From an uncultured Solirubrobacteraceae bacterium (GTDB lineage Bacteria > Actinomycetota > Thermoleophilia > Solirubrobacterales > Solirubrobacteraceae), in the NCBI GenBank assembly GCA_963782575.1, contig CAWAKI010000004.1:586746-650745 (forward strand): a DNA stretch of 64,000 bases, given 5' to 3'. The translations under genes were made by a program, and so were the position numbers. Below the pieces are notes generated by a model, which saw only the letters and a list, made by a program, of their open reading frames with translations, searched no databases and was not told the DNA's origin. Shown in pieces: positions 32,063-43,300 of this stretch; the stretch's first letter is position 1, and every line of letters starts with the position of its first letter.

Positions 32063-33849
32063 CCACACCGCCTCGAGCCGCCTACGGCGCGTGTGCAGCG
32101 CCGCCTCGAGCACTTCGCGCGCCACCGGAGCCGCCGTCGCGCCGCCGGCGCCGTCTTTGACGAGCATCACGCACGACGGCGACGCGCGGGTGCACGGCCG
32201 GGGCGAAGGCCGCGAACCAGGCGTCGGTGTTGCTCGGCTTCGGATTCGCCGCCTGGCAGCCTGCGGCCGGCGGTTCGCCCTCTTCGGCTTCCTGCTGCGG
32301 CGGTTCTTCGGGAGCGGTGCGTGCAGGCGCGTCTTCAGTTCGGCGGTGCCGGTCTTGCCGGCGACCACCACGCCGGGATCGCCGCGGCAGTGCCGGTGCC
32401 CTCGCGCACCACCTCGATCATCAGGTGGCGCACCGTGAGCGCCACCTGCGGGCTGCGCGCGCGCGCGGCCGGGCGACGGGCGGCGGGGCAGGAAGCTCGG
32501 CGCGGGACGATGCCCGCCGTCGGCGATCGTCGCGGCCACGGTCGCCATCTGCAGCGGCGTCGCGAGCACCTGGCCCTGGCCGATCGCGGTCGAGCCGATG
32601 TCGAGTTCGCCCTGGATCTGCGACGGCCGGCGGCAGCGTGCTCTCGGCGGCGCCGGCGAGCGCCGGTTTCGTGGTTGAAGCCGAACGCTTCGGCCGTCGC
32701 GACCAGGCGCTTGGCGCCGAGCTTGACGCCGAGCGGCGAGAAGACCGAGTTGCACGAGACGGCGAACGCCAGTTCCAGCGAGCCGCCGCATTCCTCGCCG
32801 TTGGCGTTGTTCAGCTGCACGCCGTCGAGCGTCGCGTAGCGTGGCGTAGGGGAACACGCGTGCGCGGCGTGGCGAGGTGGGCTCCGAGACGCCGAGACGG
32901 TCACCATCTTGAACGTCGACCCGGCGGCTGCAGCCCGTCGAGCCCGATGCCGGCGACCGCAAGCACCTGGCCGGTCGACGGGCGAGCGCGACGATCCCGC
33001 CGAGCTGGCCGCCGAGGGCGCTCACCGCGCTGGTCTGCAGAGCCGGCGAGATCGTGGTGCGCAGCGGCGGCGCGGCCTGCGGCGCGACGGCGGCGAGCGC
33101 CGTCGGCCCGCCAGCAGCTCGCCGCCCGGCGTGCCGCGCAGCCGGTCGTCGAGGGCCAGCTCGAGCCCGCTCGTGCCGACCGCGCGCCCGGCGGGACGCC
33201 TTCGGCTTCCAGGGCCGCGCGGCGCGCCGCCGGCGCTTCGCCGACTGTCTCCGACCACCGCTCCGGCCAGCGACCCGAGCGGCGAGGTGCGACGGCGCCT
33301 GGCCTTCGGGCGGGCTTTCGGCGAGCACCGAGCCGTCGCGGGCCAGCAGCGTCGCGCGTCGCGGCAGCGTCGTGCGGCGCGTCAGCGTCTCGCCCGGGGA
33401 CGCCGGGGAAGGACAGCGAGCGCGACCACGACGACCGTGGGCTTTCGCCGCCTCCCGTCGTCGGCACCGTGAAGGTGAGCGACAGCGTCCCCCACAGGCG
33501 CGTGTGGACCCGCACCGGCACGGCCACGCGGCCGCCGCCCAGCGAGTAGGCGTGCCCGGCGAGCAGCACGCGCGTCGCGGTCGCCGTCGCAAGCGCTTCT
33601 CCGATGGGCGGCTCGCGAACGTAGTTGCCGTGAGTCGCACGGCTGCGACGCGGGGCTCGGCGATCGCCGTACATCGCGCCGTAGTCGGCGCTGCGCCCAG
33701 TCGGAGACGAACTGCCGGGCCAGCGCGACGGCCGGGGAGCCGCCCGCGTTCGAGCCGACGATCGCCCCGATAACGAACGCACGGCCGCCAGCGCCATCAC
33801 GGGGCGCGCGCGACGCAGACGCTGGTGGCTGACTCGGACAAAGAGCATG
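32059..33849 (-). CDS. Class B penicillin-binding transpeptidase (many frameshifts; start approximate)
   Basis: STFK (SxxK), SCN (SxN), AGKTGTAE, IGQGQVLATPLQMA, DAWF. Confidence 0.88.
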
Positions 33850-33862
33850 TAGAACATTGCAG

Positions 33863-35026
33863 GTGACCCAGTTGGACTGGCTCATTGTCGTGTTCGCGGC
33901 GGTCCTGGCCTTCTTCGGGTTCCGGCAGGGCTTCATCGTGGGCGCCCTGTCGCTGTGCGGCTTCCTGCTCGGCGCGTTCCTCGGCACGCGCGCGGCGCCG
34001 CTGCTGCTGCCCCCGGGGGCTGAGTCGCCCTACGCGCCGGCGTTCGGGCTCATCGGCGCGCTCGTCGGCGGCGCGATCCTCGCCAGCGGGCTCGAGTTCC
34101 TCGGCTTCCGCCTGCGGCGCACGCTCGTTCTGCCCGGGTTCTCGGTGCTCGACGGCGCGCTCGGGGCGCTGCTCGGAGCGGTGCTCGGCCTCGGGATCGT
34201 GTGGATCGCCGCCTCCGTCGCCGGCCAGACGCCGGGCGAGGCGCAGCTGCGCGGCGACATCCAGCGCTCGGCGATCCTGCGCGCGCTGAACCAGATCATG
34301 CCGCCGTCGGGCCCGATCCTCGACGCGCTAGCGCGCCTGGACCCGCTGCCATCGATCAGCGGACCGTCACCGGACGTCGGGGCCCCCGAGCCGGCCGTCG
34401 CGCGCCTGCCGGGCGTCAGGAGCGCATCGCACAGCGTCGTGCGCGTGATCGGCACCGCCTGCGGGCTCGCGGTCGAGGGCTCGGGCTGGGTCGCCGCGCC
34501 CGGCATCGTGGTCACGAACGCGCACGTGGTCGCCGGCGAGCAGGACACGACGGTTCAGGTCGAAGGGCGCGGCGAAGGCCTGGCGGCCGAGCCGGTCGCC
34601 TTCGACCCGACCGACGACGTCTCCGTGCTGCTCGTGCACGGCCTCGGGCTCCCGCCGCTGTCGATGGCGGGGGCGCAGGAGAGCGGCACGCCGGGGGCGA
34701 TCCTCGGCTACCCGGAGAACGGTCCGTTCGACGTCCAGCCGGGGCGCATCGGGCGCACGCAGTCCGTGCTGACGCAGAACGCGTACGGGCAGGGGCCGGT
34801 GTCGCGCCTGTTGACGCCGCTGCGCGGCCTCGTGCGGCCCGGCAACTCGGGCGGGCCGATGGTCGACGGGGCCGGCCACGTGCTGACGACCGTGTTCGCC
34901 GCGACCGTCGGCGGCTCGAGCCATGGCGGCTACGGCGTCGCCGACCAGACCGTCTCGAGCGTGGTCGCACACGCCGCCGGCGGGCGCGGCGGCGCCGTCG
35001 GGACCGGGCAGTGCACGAGCGGCTGA
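33863..35026 (+). CDS. MarP-family membrane serine protease (CvpA-like TM region plus trypsin domain)
   Basis: GFRQGF N-terminal TMs; TNAHVV, DDV, GNSGGP catalytic triad. Confidence 0.9.
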   Translation: MTQLDWLIVVFAAVLAFFGFRQGFIVGALSLCGFLLGAFLGTRAAPLLLPPGAESPYAPAFGLIGALVGGAILASGLEFLGFRLRRTLVLPGFSVLDGALGALLGAVLGLGIVWIAASVAGQTPGEAQLRGDIQRSAILRALNQIMPPSGPILDALARLDPLPSISGPSPDVGAPEPAVARLPGVRSASHSVVRVIGTACGLAVEGSGWVAAPGIVVTNAHVVAGEQDTTVQVEGRGEGLAAEPVAFDPTDDVSVLLVHGLGLPPLSMAGAQESGTPGAILGYPENGPFDVQPGRIGRTQSVLTQNAYGQGPVSRLLTPLRGLVRPGNSGGPMVDGAGHVLTTVFAATVGGSSHGGYGVADQTVSSVVAHAAGGRGGAVGTGQCTSG

Positions 35027-35075
35027 GAGCGCCGCGAACGCGATCGCCTCGCCCGCGGCCGCTACGCTGACCGCC

Positions 35076-37352
35076 ATGTCGAAGACCCTCCTCGTCGCCG
35101 AGAAGCCCTCCGTCGGCCAGGATCTCGCGCGCGCGCTGCCGGGACCGTTCAAGAAGCAGGAGGGCTTTCTGGAGGGCCCCGAGCACGTGATCACGTGGGC
35201 GGTCGGGCACCTCGTGCAGCTCGCCGAGCCCGAAGCGTATGACCCCAAGTACAAGAGCTGGCGCATGGCCGACCTGCCGATCGTGCCGGATCGCTTCAAG
35301 CTCGTGGTCCGCGACGAGCGTTCGCGCAAGCAGATGTCGGTGGTCACCAAGCAGCTGGGGCGCGAGGACGTCGAGGAGGTCGTCAACGCCTGCGACGCGG
35401 GCCGCGAGGGCGAGCTGATCTTCGCCTACCTGTACGAGAAGGCGAAGGCCAAGAAGCCGGTGCGCCGGCTGTGGCTGAACTCGATGACGAGCGCCGCCAT
35501 GAAGCAGGCGCTGGCGTCGCTGGCGCCCGGCGAGGAGTACGAGCTGCTCGAGCAGGCCGCGCGCTCGCGCTCGGAGGCGGACTGGATCGTCGGCATGAAC
35601 GCGACCCGCGCTGCGACGATCCGGCTGCGCAGCTCCTTCGACGGGGCGGTCTCGCTCGGGCGCGTGCAGACGCCGACGCTCGCGATCGTCGCGCGCCGCG
35701 AGGAGGAGATCAAAGCGTTCAAACCCGAGCCGTACTGGCTCGTCGACGCCGGCTTCCGCGGCGACCCGCTACCCGACGGGGGAGGTGAGCGCAGCTACGT
35801 CGGCCACTACCAGGCGCCCGCCGGCAGTCCCGGCTCGACCAAGGGGCCGCGCCTCGGCACCGAGGCCGAGGCGCAGGCGATCGTGGCGGCCTGCGAGGGC
35901 CAGCCCGGCACGATCACCAAGCTGGAGAAGAAAGAGCAGCGCGAGAAGGCGCCGATGCTCTACGACCTCACGACGCTGCAGCGGGAGGCCAACAACCGTT
36001 ACGGGTTCTCGGCGAAACGGACGCTGGCGGCGGCCCAGCGGCTCTACGAGGAGCACAAGGCGCTCACGTATCCGCGCACCAACTCGCGCTACCTCACAAC
36101 CGACATGGTCGAGGAGATCAAGCCGATCGCCGAGCTCGTCGGCGGGCAGGCCGAGTACCGCAAGGGCGCCGAGTACGTGACCGGGCTCGACGTGCTGCCG
36201 CTCGCCCGTGTGGTCAACGACGAGAAGGTCACCGACCACCACGCGATCATCCCGACCCGCTCGGAGCACCCGGTCGAGAAGATGAGCTCCGACGACCGGC
36301 GCATCTACGACATGGCCGTGCGCCGCTTCCTGGCCGCCTTCCATCCCGAGGCGGTGTTCGAGAACACGCGTGTCGAGACGACCGTCGGGGATGGGAGCCC
36401 CGCCCACCCCGAGCATGTGTTCCGCACGCGCGGCAAGCTGCTGCTCGTCCCGGGCTGGCGCGGCGTCTACGACGAGATCGCCTCCGACTCGCGCGCCGAG
36501 GGCGAGGAGGAGGAGAGCGCCGACCAGCAGCTGCCGCGGCTGATCGACGGCGAGCAGGTCCGCACCGTCTCGATCGAGAGCCAGCGCAAGGAGACCAAAC
36601 CGCCGCGCCGCTACAGCGACGCTTCGCTGCTCGGCGCGATGGAGACCGCCGGCAAGCTCGTCGACGACGACGAGCTGCGGGAGGCGATGAAGGACTCGGG
36701 GATCGGCACGCCCGCCACGCGCGCGGCGATCATCGAGCGGCTGATCACGGTCGGCTACCTCGAGCGCGACGGACGCGCGCTGGTGGCGACCGAGAAGGGG
36801 CTCAACGTGATCCGGCTGCTCGGCACGCACGCGCTCACCTCGCCGGGGCTGACCGGCGACTGGGAGCAGCGGCTCGGCAAGATCGAGCGCGGCGAGGACT
36901 CGCGCGAGAAGTTCATGGGCGACATCGCGGGCTTCGCGGCCGAGACGGTCAAGGAGCTCGACGAGACGCTCAAAGACGTGCGCATCCCACGCGCCCGGCT
37001 CGGGCCGTGCCCGGTCTGCGGGCACGAGATCGTCGAGAACCGCAAGGGCTACTCGTGCTGGTCGCGCGACGATCCAGGCTGCGGCTTCGTGATCTGGAAG
37101 TCGAAAGCCGGCAAGCAGCTGCCGGTCGCCGTCGCGCGCGAGCTGATCCGCACCGGCTACACAGCCCAGGCGGTGACCGGCTTCCGCGGGCGCAGCGGGC
37201 GCAGCTTCCGCGCGCGCCTGGCGCTCCAGCAGAACGAGGAGGGCAGATGGCGCGTCGAGTTCGACGAGCCGTGGGCGCGCGAGGGGGCCAAGCCGCCCGA
37301 CGCGGAGGCCGAGGCGGTGCAGGACGCCGTGGCCGAGCCGAGCGCCGCCTGA
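35076..37352 (+). CDS. topB: DNA topoisomerase III (type IA)
   Basis: AEKPS, CDAGREGE, SLGRVQTPTL, LTYPRT (catalytic Tyr), GIGTPATRA; C-terminal zinc ribbon. Confidence 0.93.
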   Translation: MSKTLLVAEKPSVGQDLARALPGPFKKQEGFLEGPEHVITWAVGHLVQLAEPEAYDPKYKSWRMADLPIVPDRFKLVVRDERSRKQMSVVTKQLGREDVEEVVNACDAGREGELIFAYLYEKAKAKKPVRRLWLNSMTSAAMKQALASLAPGEEYELLEQAARSRSEADWIVGMNATRAATIRLRSSFDGAVSLGRVQTPTLAIVARREEEIKAFKPEPYWLVDAGFRGDPLPDGGGERSYVGHYQAPAGSPGSTKGPRLGTEAEAQAIVAACEGQPGTITKLEKKEQREKAPMLYDLTTLQREANNRYGFSAKRTLAAAQRLYEEHKALTYPRTNSRYLTTDMVEEIKPIAELVGGQAEYRKGAEYVTGLDVLPLARVVNDEKVTDHHAIIPTRSEHPVEKMSSDDRRIYDMAVRRFLAAFHPEAVFENTRVETTVGDGSPAHPEHVFRTRGKLLLVPGWRGVYDEIASDSRAEGEEEESADQQLPRLIDGEQVRTVSIESQRKETKPPRRYSDASLLGAMETAGKLVDDDELREAMKDSGIGTPATRAAIIERLITVGYLERDGRALVATEKGLNVIRLLGTHALTSPGLTGDWEQRLGKIERGEDSREKFMGDIAGFAAETVKELDETLKDVRIPRARLGPCPVCGHEIVENRKGYSCWSRDDPGCGFVIWKSKAGKQLPVAVARELIRTGYTAQAVTGFRGRSGRSFRARLALQQNEEGRWRVEFDEPWAREGAKPPDAEAEAVQDAVAEPSAA

Positions 37353-37395
37353 GCGGGCACTGCGCCCGTCGGGGGCGTGCGCCACGATGATCTGA

Positions 37396-40302
37396 GTGAG
37401 CATCACGCTCGTAACGGGGCCCGCGAACTCGGGCAAGGCACAGGTGGTGATGGACGCCGTCCGCCGCCACCTCGCCCACGGAGCCGAGCCGCTCCTCATC
37501 GTGCCGACGCGTACCGATGTCGAGTACTACCTGCGCGAGCTGGCGGGCACCGAGGCGGCCGTCGGCGTGCGGGTGTCGGTCTTCTCCGACCTGGTCGAGG
37601 AGATGGTGCGACGCGCGGGCATCCGCGAGCCCGTGCTGGGCGAGCTGGCGAGGGACCGCCTGATCGGCGCGCTCGCCCCGCCGGGGGAGGCTCGGCGGCC
37701 CGGCTTCCGGCGCGCGCTGGGAGAGCTGCTGGCCGAGCTGCAGGTCAAGCGGATCGCGCCGCAACGCCTGGCCGCGGCGCTGGATGCCGGCCTCGGCGAC
37801 GGCCGCGCGGCGCTCGGATTCGACCTGGCCGCGGCCTACGCCGACTACCGCCGCCGTCTGGAGCGCCTCGGCCGTCTGGATGAGCAGCAGCGGGCGATGC
37901 GCGCGCTCGACACGCTACGCGGGCAGCCCTCGCTGTGGGGCTCGACGCCCGTCCTGTTCTACGGCTTCGACGACCTCACGCCCCTGCAACTCGATGCAAT
38001 CGAGACGCTCGGGCGGCTCGTGGGCGCCGAGGTGACGGTGTCGCTGCCCTACGAGCCGGGGCGCGTCGCGTTCGCCGGGCGGGCCGGGACGTTCCAGACG
38101 CTCGCGCCGCTCGCGTCCGAGCAGCGCCTAAAGGCGCGCCACGACCACTACGCGCCCGGCTCGCGCGCAGCACTCGCCCATCTCGAGCGCTCGCTGTTCG
38201 AGCCCGGGGCCGCCCGCGTCGACCCGGGCAGCGCCGTGGAGCTGCTGCAGGGCGGGGGAGAGCGCGCGGAGCTCGAGCTCGTCGCCGCCCGCGTCTGTGA
38301 GCTGATCGCCGGCGGCGTCGAGCCCGAGCAGATAGCGGTCGTGCTGCGCCGCCCGGCCCGCGCTGCGGCGCTCGTCTCCGAGGTCTTCGGCGCTGCCGGG
38401 ATCCCGTTCGCGATGCCGGTCAAGCGCCCGTTCGCGGACACCGCGGCCGGTCGCGCGCTGCTCGGGCTCCTGCGTTGCGTGCCTGTGCCGGATGGTGAGC
38501 CCCCGGGCACGCCTGCGGACCTGCTCGCCTGGCTGCGCGCGCCGGGCGTGCTCGAGCGACCGGGTCTCGCGGATGCGCTCGAGCTGGACGTGCGCCGGGG
38601 CGGCATGCGCGGCGCCGCCGAGGCGCGGGCGCGATTCGAGGAGCGCTGGTTCGCGCTCTCGGAGATCGATCGGCTCGCCGCCGCACAGGCGCGCGGGCCC
38701 GGCGCGCTCGCCGAGCGCGCGAGCCGGGAGCTGCTGCGGCTGTTCGCCGCGCCGCGCCGCGGCCGTGCGCCGGTGCTCGGCCCGCACGAGATGGACGAGG
38801 CGCGGGCACTCGCCGGTGGCCGCGCGGCGCTGGCCGAGCTGCGAGAGCTGGCACGCTTCGCGCGCGATGCGGCGCCTGCGACGGCGGCCGAGCTGGCGGC
38901 GGTTCTCGCCGAGCTCGAGGTCAACAGCGGCGAGCTTCCAGGTCCGGGGCGCGTGGCGGTGCTCGAACCGCTGGCGCTGCGCGCGCGGCGCGTGCGGGCC
39001 CTGTTCATCACCGGGCTGCAGGAGGGCGACTTCCCGATGCGCGCGCGGCCGCAGCCGCTGCTCGGCGAGCGCGAGCGCGCGCGGGTGGCGCAGGCCTCGG
39101 GGCTCGTGCTCGGCGAGGCCGAGGAGGTCTTGGCGGCCGAGCGGTATCTCTTCTACGCCGTCCTCTCGCGCCCCGAGGAGCTGCTCGCGCTCAGCTGGCA
39201 CGAGAGCGACGACGACGCGGCTCCGCTGTCGCGCTCGTTGTTCGTCGAGGACGTATGCGACCTGTTCGACGGGCGCCTGTCCGAGCAGCGCGCCCGGCGC
39301 GCGCTCGGAGCGCTCGACGGGGCTGCCCGCGGCCGGCACGCGCAGGCCGCCGTGCCGGCGGATGCGCCGCTGCTCGACGAGCGCGTGCTCGCACGCCTAC
39401 GCGACCGCGCCTGGTCGGGGACCTCGTTCGAGAAATGGATCGGCTGCCCGGTGGCGTGGTTCGTCGAGCGGCTGCTCTCCCCGGAGCGCTTCGAGGCCGA
39501 GCCGGAGCCCCTCGTGCGGGGCGGGCTCGCCCACCTCGTGCTGAAGGAGACGCTCGGGGGGCTGCGCCACGAGACCGGCAGCGCGCGGATCACCTCCGCG
39601 AGTCTCGGTCGCGCTCGCACCCTGATGCACGCCTCGCTGGACGGCGCGCTCGAGGATCCGGAGCTGCGTCTGTCGGTGAGCCCGGAGCGGGCCGCGGCGA
39701 TCGTGCGCAGCCTGCGGGCCGACCTCGAGCGCTACCTCGAGCACTCCGCGGGCCTCGAGAGCACGCTCGAGCCGCGCGAGCTCGAGCTGGGCTTCGGGTT
39801 CGACGATCCGGACGCCGAGGACCACGGCGAGCCGAGCGAGCTGCCCGCCTTCGAGCTCGGCGGCGGGGTGCGCATGCGAGGCCGGATCGACCGCATCGAC
39901 GTCGGTCCGGGTGGCGAGGCTGTGATCGTCGACTACAAGGCGAAAAGCGCGACGGCGGGCGAGAAGTGGCTGCGGGAGCGCAGCCTCCAGGTCGCGCTCT
40001 ACATGCAGGCGGCCGAACAGCTGCTCGGCCTGCAGGTCGTGGGCGGCGTGTACCAGCCGCTCTCGGGAAAGGACCTCCGCGCGCGGGGTGTGCTGTTGGA
40101 CGATCACGAGGCGGCGGAGGACTGCGTGAGGACCGACCGGTTGGACGCGGAGGCGCTCGCGGAACTGCTGGGCGACGTGGTCGACGCCGCCCGGGCCGCC
40201 GCCGCAGAGGCGAGCCGCGGCGAGTTGCAGGCGCGACCCGACACCTGTGCCTGGGGCGGACGCGGCTGCCAGTACCCGACCATCTGCCGCTGCGAGCGCT
40301 GA
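37396..40302 (+). CDS. addB: AddB/RexB-like helicase-nuclease subunit
   Basis: GPANSGK; PD-(D/E)xK RGRIDRID..IVDYK, LQVALY; Cys staple (IGCP...C-x6-C-x5-C). Confidence 0.85.
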   Translation: MSITLVTGPANSGKAQVVMDAVRRHLAHGAEPLLIVPTRTDVEYYLRELAGTEAAVGVRVSVFSDLVEEMVRRAGIREPVLGELARDRLIGALAPPGEARRPGFRRALGELLAELQVKRIAPQRLAAALDAGLGDGRAALGFDLAAAYADYRRRLERLGRLDEQQRAMRALDTLRGQPSLWGSTPVLFYGFDDLTPLQLDAIETLGRLVGAEVTVSLPYEPGRVAFAGRAGTFQTLAPLASEQRLKARHDHYAPGSRAALAHLERSLFEPGAARVDPGSAVELLQGGGERAELELVAARVCELIAGGVEPEQIAVVLRRPARAAALVSEVFGAAGIPFAMPVKRPFADTAAGRALLGLLRCVPVPDGEPPGTPADLLAWLRAPGVLERPGLADALELDVRRGGMRGAAEARARFEERWFALSEIDRLAAAQARGPGALAERASRELLRLFAAPRRGRAPVLGPHEMDEARALAGGRAALAELRELARFARDAAPATAAELAAVLAELEVNSGELPGPGRVAVLEPLALRARRVRALFITGLQEGDFPMRARPQPLLGERERARVAQASGLVLGEAEEVLAAERYLFYAVLSRPEELLALSWHESDDDAAPLSRSLFVEDVCDLFDGRLSEQRARRALGALDGAARGRHAQAAVPADAPLLDERVLARLRDRAWSGTSFEKWIGCPVAWFVERLLSPERFEAEPEPLVRGGLAHLVLKETLGGLRHETGSARITSASLGRARTLMHASLDGALEDPELRLSVSPERAAAIVRSLRADLERYLEHSAGLESTLEPRELELGFGFDDPDAEDHGEPSELPAFELGGGVRMRGRIDRIDVGPGGEAVIVDYKAKSATAGEKWLRERSLQVALYMQAAEQLLGLQVVGGVYQPLSGKDLRARGVLLDDHEAAEDCVRTDRLDAEALAELLGDVVDAARAAAAEASRGELQARPDTCAWGGRGCQYPTICRCER

Positions 40303-40309
40303 GAGCGGC

Positions 40310-43300
40310 ATGGAGCGCCGCCCGATCCCTTCTCTCGCGATGGAGCAGCTGAGCATCGACATCGACGCGCTGCTCGGCGTCAGTCCGCGGGCGGGCGCCG
40401 CCGGGCCGGCGCTGACGGACGAGCAGCGCGAGGCGGTGGGCGTGCGCGACAGGCCGATCCTGCTCTCCGCCGCCGCAGGGAGCGGCAAGACCTCGGTCTT
40501 GGTCGAGCGCTTCGTCGAGGCGGTCTGCGCCGATGGCGTCCCGCCGACCGCCGTGCTCGCGATCACGTTCACCGAGCGCGCGGCCGGCGAGCTGGGCTCG
40601 CGTGTGCGCGAGCGCCTCCTCGGCCTCGGCGAGCGGGAGGCGGCGCGGGACACGGAGGCCGCCTTCATCGGGACCTTCCACGGCTTCTGCGCGCGCCTGC
40701 TGCGCGCTCACCCGCTGCCGGCGGGCCTGGACCCCGACTTCGCGATCCTCGACGCCGCCCGCGCGGGATGGCTACGGCGCCGCGCCTACGAAGATGCTCT
40801 CGGCGGCTTCCTGGCCGCGGACCCGGCCGGGGTCGACCTCCTGGCGGCGTACGGGATCGACAGAGCCCGCAAGGTCGTCGAGGACCTCTACGGCGAGCTG
40901 CGCAGCCGCGGGCAGCGCCGGCCGCGGCTGCCGGTGCGGGCGGCGCCGCCCGGGGCCGAGCGCGACGAAGCCGACGCGCTCGCTGCCGTCGCGCTGTTCG
41001 ACCGCCTGCTCGATGAGTTCGGCGCCCGCTACGAGCACCTCAAGGCCGAGCGCCTGGCGGTGGACTTCGACGATCTCGAGCTGATCGCGGGAGAGCTGCT
41101 CGCGAGCAACGCGGCGGTGCGCGAGTCGTGGTCGGAGCGCTTCGAGCTCCTGATGGTCGATGAGTTCCAGGACACGAACGCCAGGCAACTGGCGATCCTC
41201 CGCGCGCTCGAACGGGAAAACCTGTTCACCGTCGGCGACGAGCTGCAGTCGATCTACGGCTTCCGCCACGCCGACGTGAGCCTGTTCCGCGAGCGGCGCG
41301 CGGAGCTGGCGGCCACGGGCGGGGCACTCGCGCTGAGGCGCAACTTCCGCAGCCGTGCCGGGGTGCTGGACGCGGTCAACGTCGTGTTCGCCGAGCGCTT
41401 CGAGGACTTCTCGAGCCTTCTCGCCGGGCGCCAGGACGCTCTTGCGCCGGTGCCGGGGCCGGCCGTCGAGGTCCTGCTCACCGACGCGACCGATGACTGG
41501 AAGGAGCATCCCGCCGCCGCGGCGATCGCCGCCGGCCTGCCCTACACCCGCACCTTCGCCCGCGCGGCCGAGGCGCGGCTGCTCGCCCAGCGCGTGCGCG
41601 AGCTCGTCGACGCCGGAGAGGCCCGGGCGGGCGACGTCACGGTGCTGTTGAGGGCCAGCGGCGACATCGAGACGTTCGAGCGCGCGCTCCAGCTCGAGGG
41701 GCTGCGGACGCTCGCCACCGTCGGCACCTTCTGGGAACGCCAGCAGATCACCGACCTGCACAGCTACCTGCGCGCGCTGGCCAACCCGCGCGACGAGGAG
41801 GCGCTCTACGGGGTGCTCGCCTCGCCGCTCGCCGGGCTCTCGCGCGACGGGCTGGCACTGCTCGCGATCGCCTCGGCCGGGAGGCCGGTGGGGGTCTGGG
41901 AGACGGCAAGCGCCCTCGCGAGCGAGCAGCCCGGGGAACTGGGCGAGGCCGACCGGGCACGCCTCGCGTGGTTCTGCGGGTGGTTCGAGCCCGAGCGCGC
42001 GGGCGCCGGCGGCCGCGGGATCTCCGAGCTGCTCGAGCGGGCGATCTCGAGCTCGGGGTACCTGCGGCACGTCCTCGCGCTCGACTGGCCCGAGCGGAGG
42101 CTCGCGAACGTCCACAAGCTGCTGCGCCTCGCGCACGCGTTCGAGACCTCCGAGGGGCGCGACCTGCGGGCGTTCGTCGACCACGTGGAGGAGCTCAAAC
42201 GGGCGGGCGGGACCGAGCCCGACGCCCCGGTCGAGGACGTCGAGCCCGACACGGTGCGCCTGATGACGATCCATGCGGCCAAGGGACTCGAGTTCCCGGT
42301 CGTCTGCGTGGCCGACCTGGGGCGCAAACGCCCGAGCCCCGACGACCGTCTGTTCGTCGACGGCGAGCGGGTCGGCCTGCGCCTGTGGCGCCCGGGGGAG
42401 GGCGAGGGGACGAAGGCGCTCGACTTCGAGGAGCTGCGCGCCGAGCGACGGGCCCGAGAGCGCCAGGAGGAGAGCCGCGTCTTCTATGTCGCGCTGACGC
42501 GCGCCCGCGAGCGCCTGCTGCTCAGCGGGACGGTCGACTTCCGCTCCTGGCCCAGCGAGAGCGACACCTCGCCCCCGATCACCTGGCTCGGCCCGGCGCT
42601 CTGCCCGCAGCTGCCCGAGCTGACGGCCGCAGGGAGCGGCTCGCACACCGTCTCGGTCGGGATGGGCACGCAGGCCCGGATCACCCTCAGCGATCCGGCC
42701 GGCTGGGGGATCGTCCTGCGCGAGCCGCCCGCTGCGGGCGGCTCGGCGGCGCCCGCGCAGGCCGGCGCTGCGGTGGATGGCGTCGTGGAGGCGGGCGGCG
42801 ATGGGGCGCAGGGCGCAAGCCGGCCCGGCCCCGCGGCTCCGGAGGCGGGGCTCCCGCAGACGCTCAGCTACACCTCGCTCAGCCTGCTCGAGCGGTGCGG
42901 CTACCGGTACTACCTCGAACGGGTGCTGCGGATGCCCGAGCAGGCTGCCGAGGGGGCCGCGGGGGGCGAGGGCCTGGAGGCGCGCGCCCGCGGCATCCTC
43001 GTCCACCGGTTGCTCGAGCAGCACGACTTCGCGGCTCCGGGAGGCCCGAACGAGGAGCTCGTCGCCGCGGCGGCGGGAGAGCTGGGGCTCGAGACGAGCG
43101 CGCGGGAGCGCGCCGAGCTGGCCGCGCTCCTCGGCGGTGCGCTGCGGGCCCCGATCGCGGCGCGTATCGCGGGCGCACGCCGCCTTCGCCGCGAGCATCC
43201 GTTCGCGTTCGGTCTCGGGGAGGGCGCGCCGCTCGTGACGGGGGTGTTCGACCTGCTGTGCGACGAGGCGGACGGCACGACCCTGCTCGTCGATTACAAG

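Noticed and set aside
29817-32438. 873-aa ORF
   Set aside because: Chimera of three small genes and antisense sequence joined by indels
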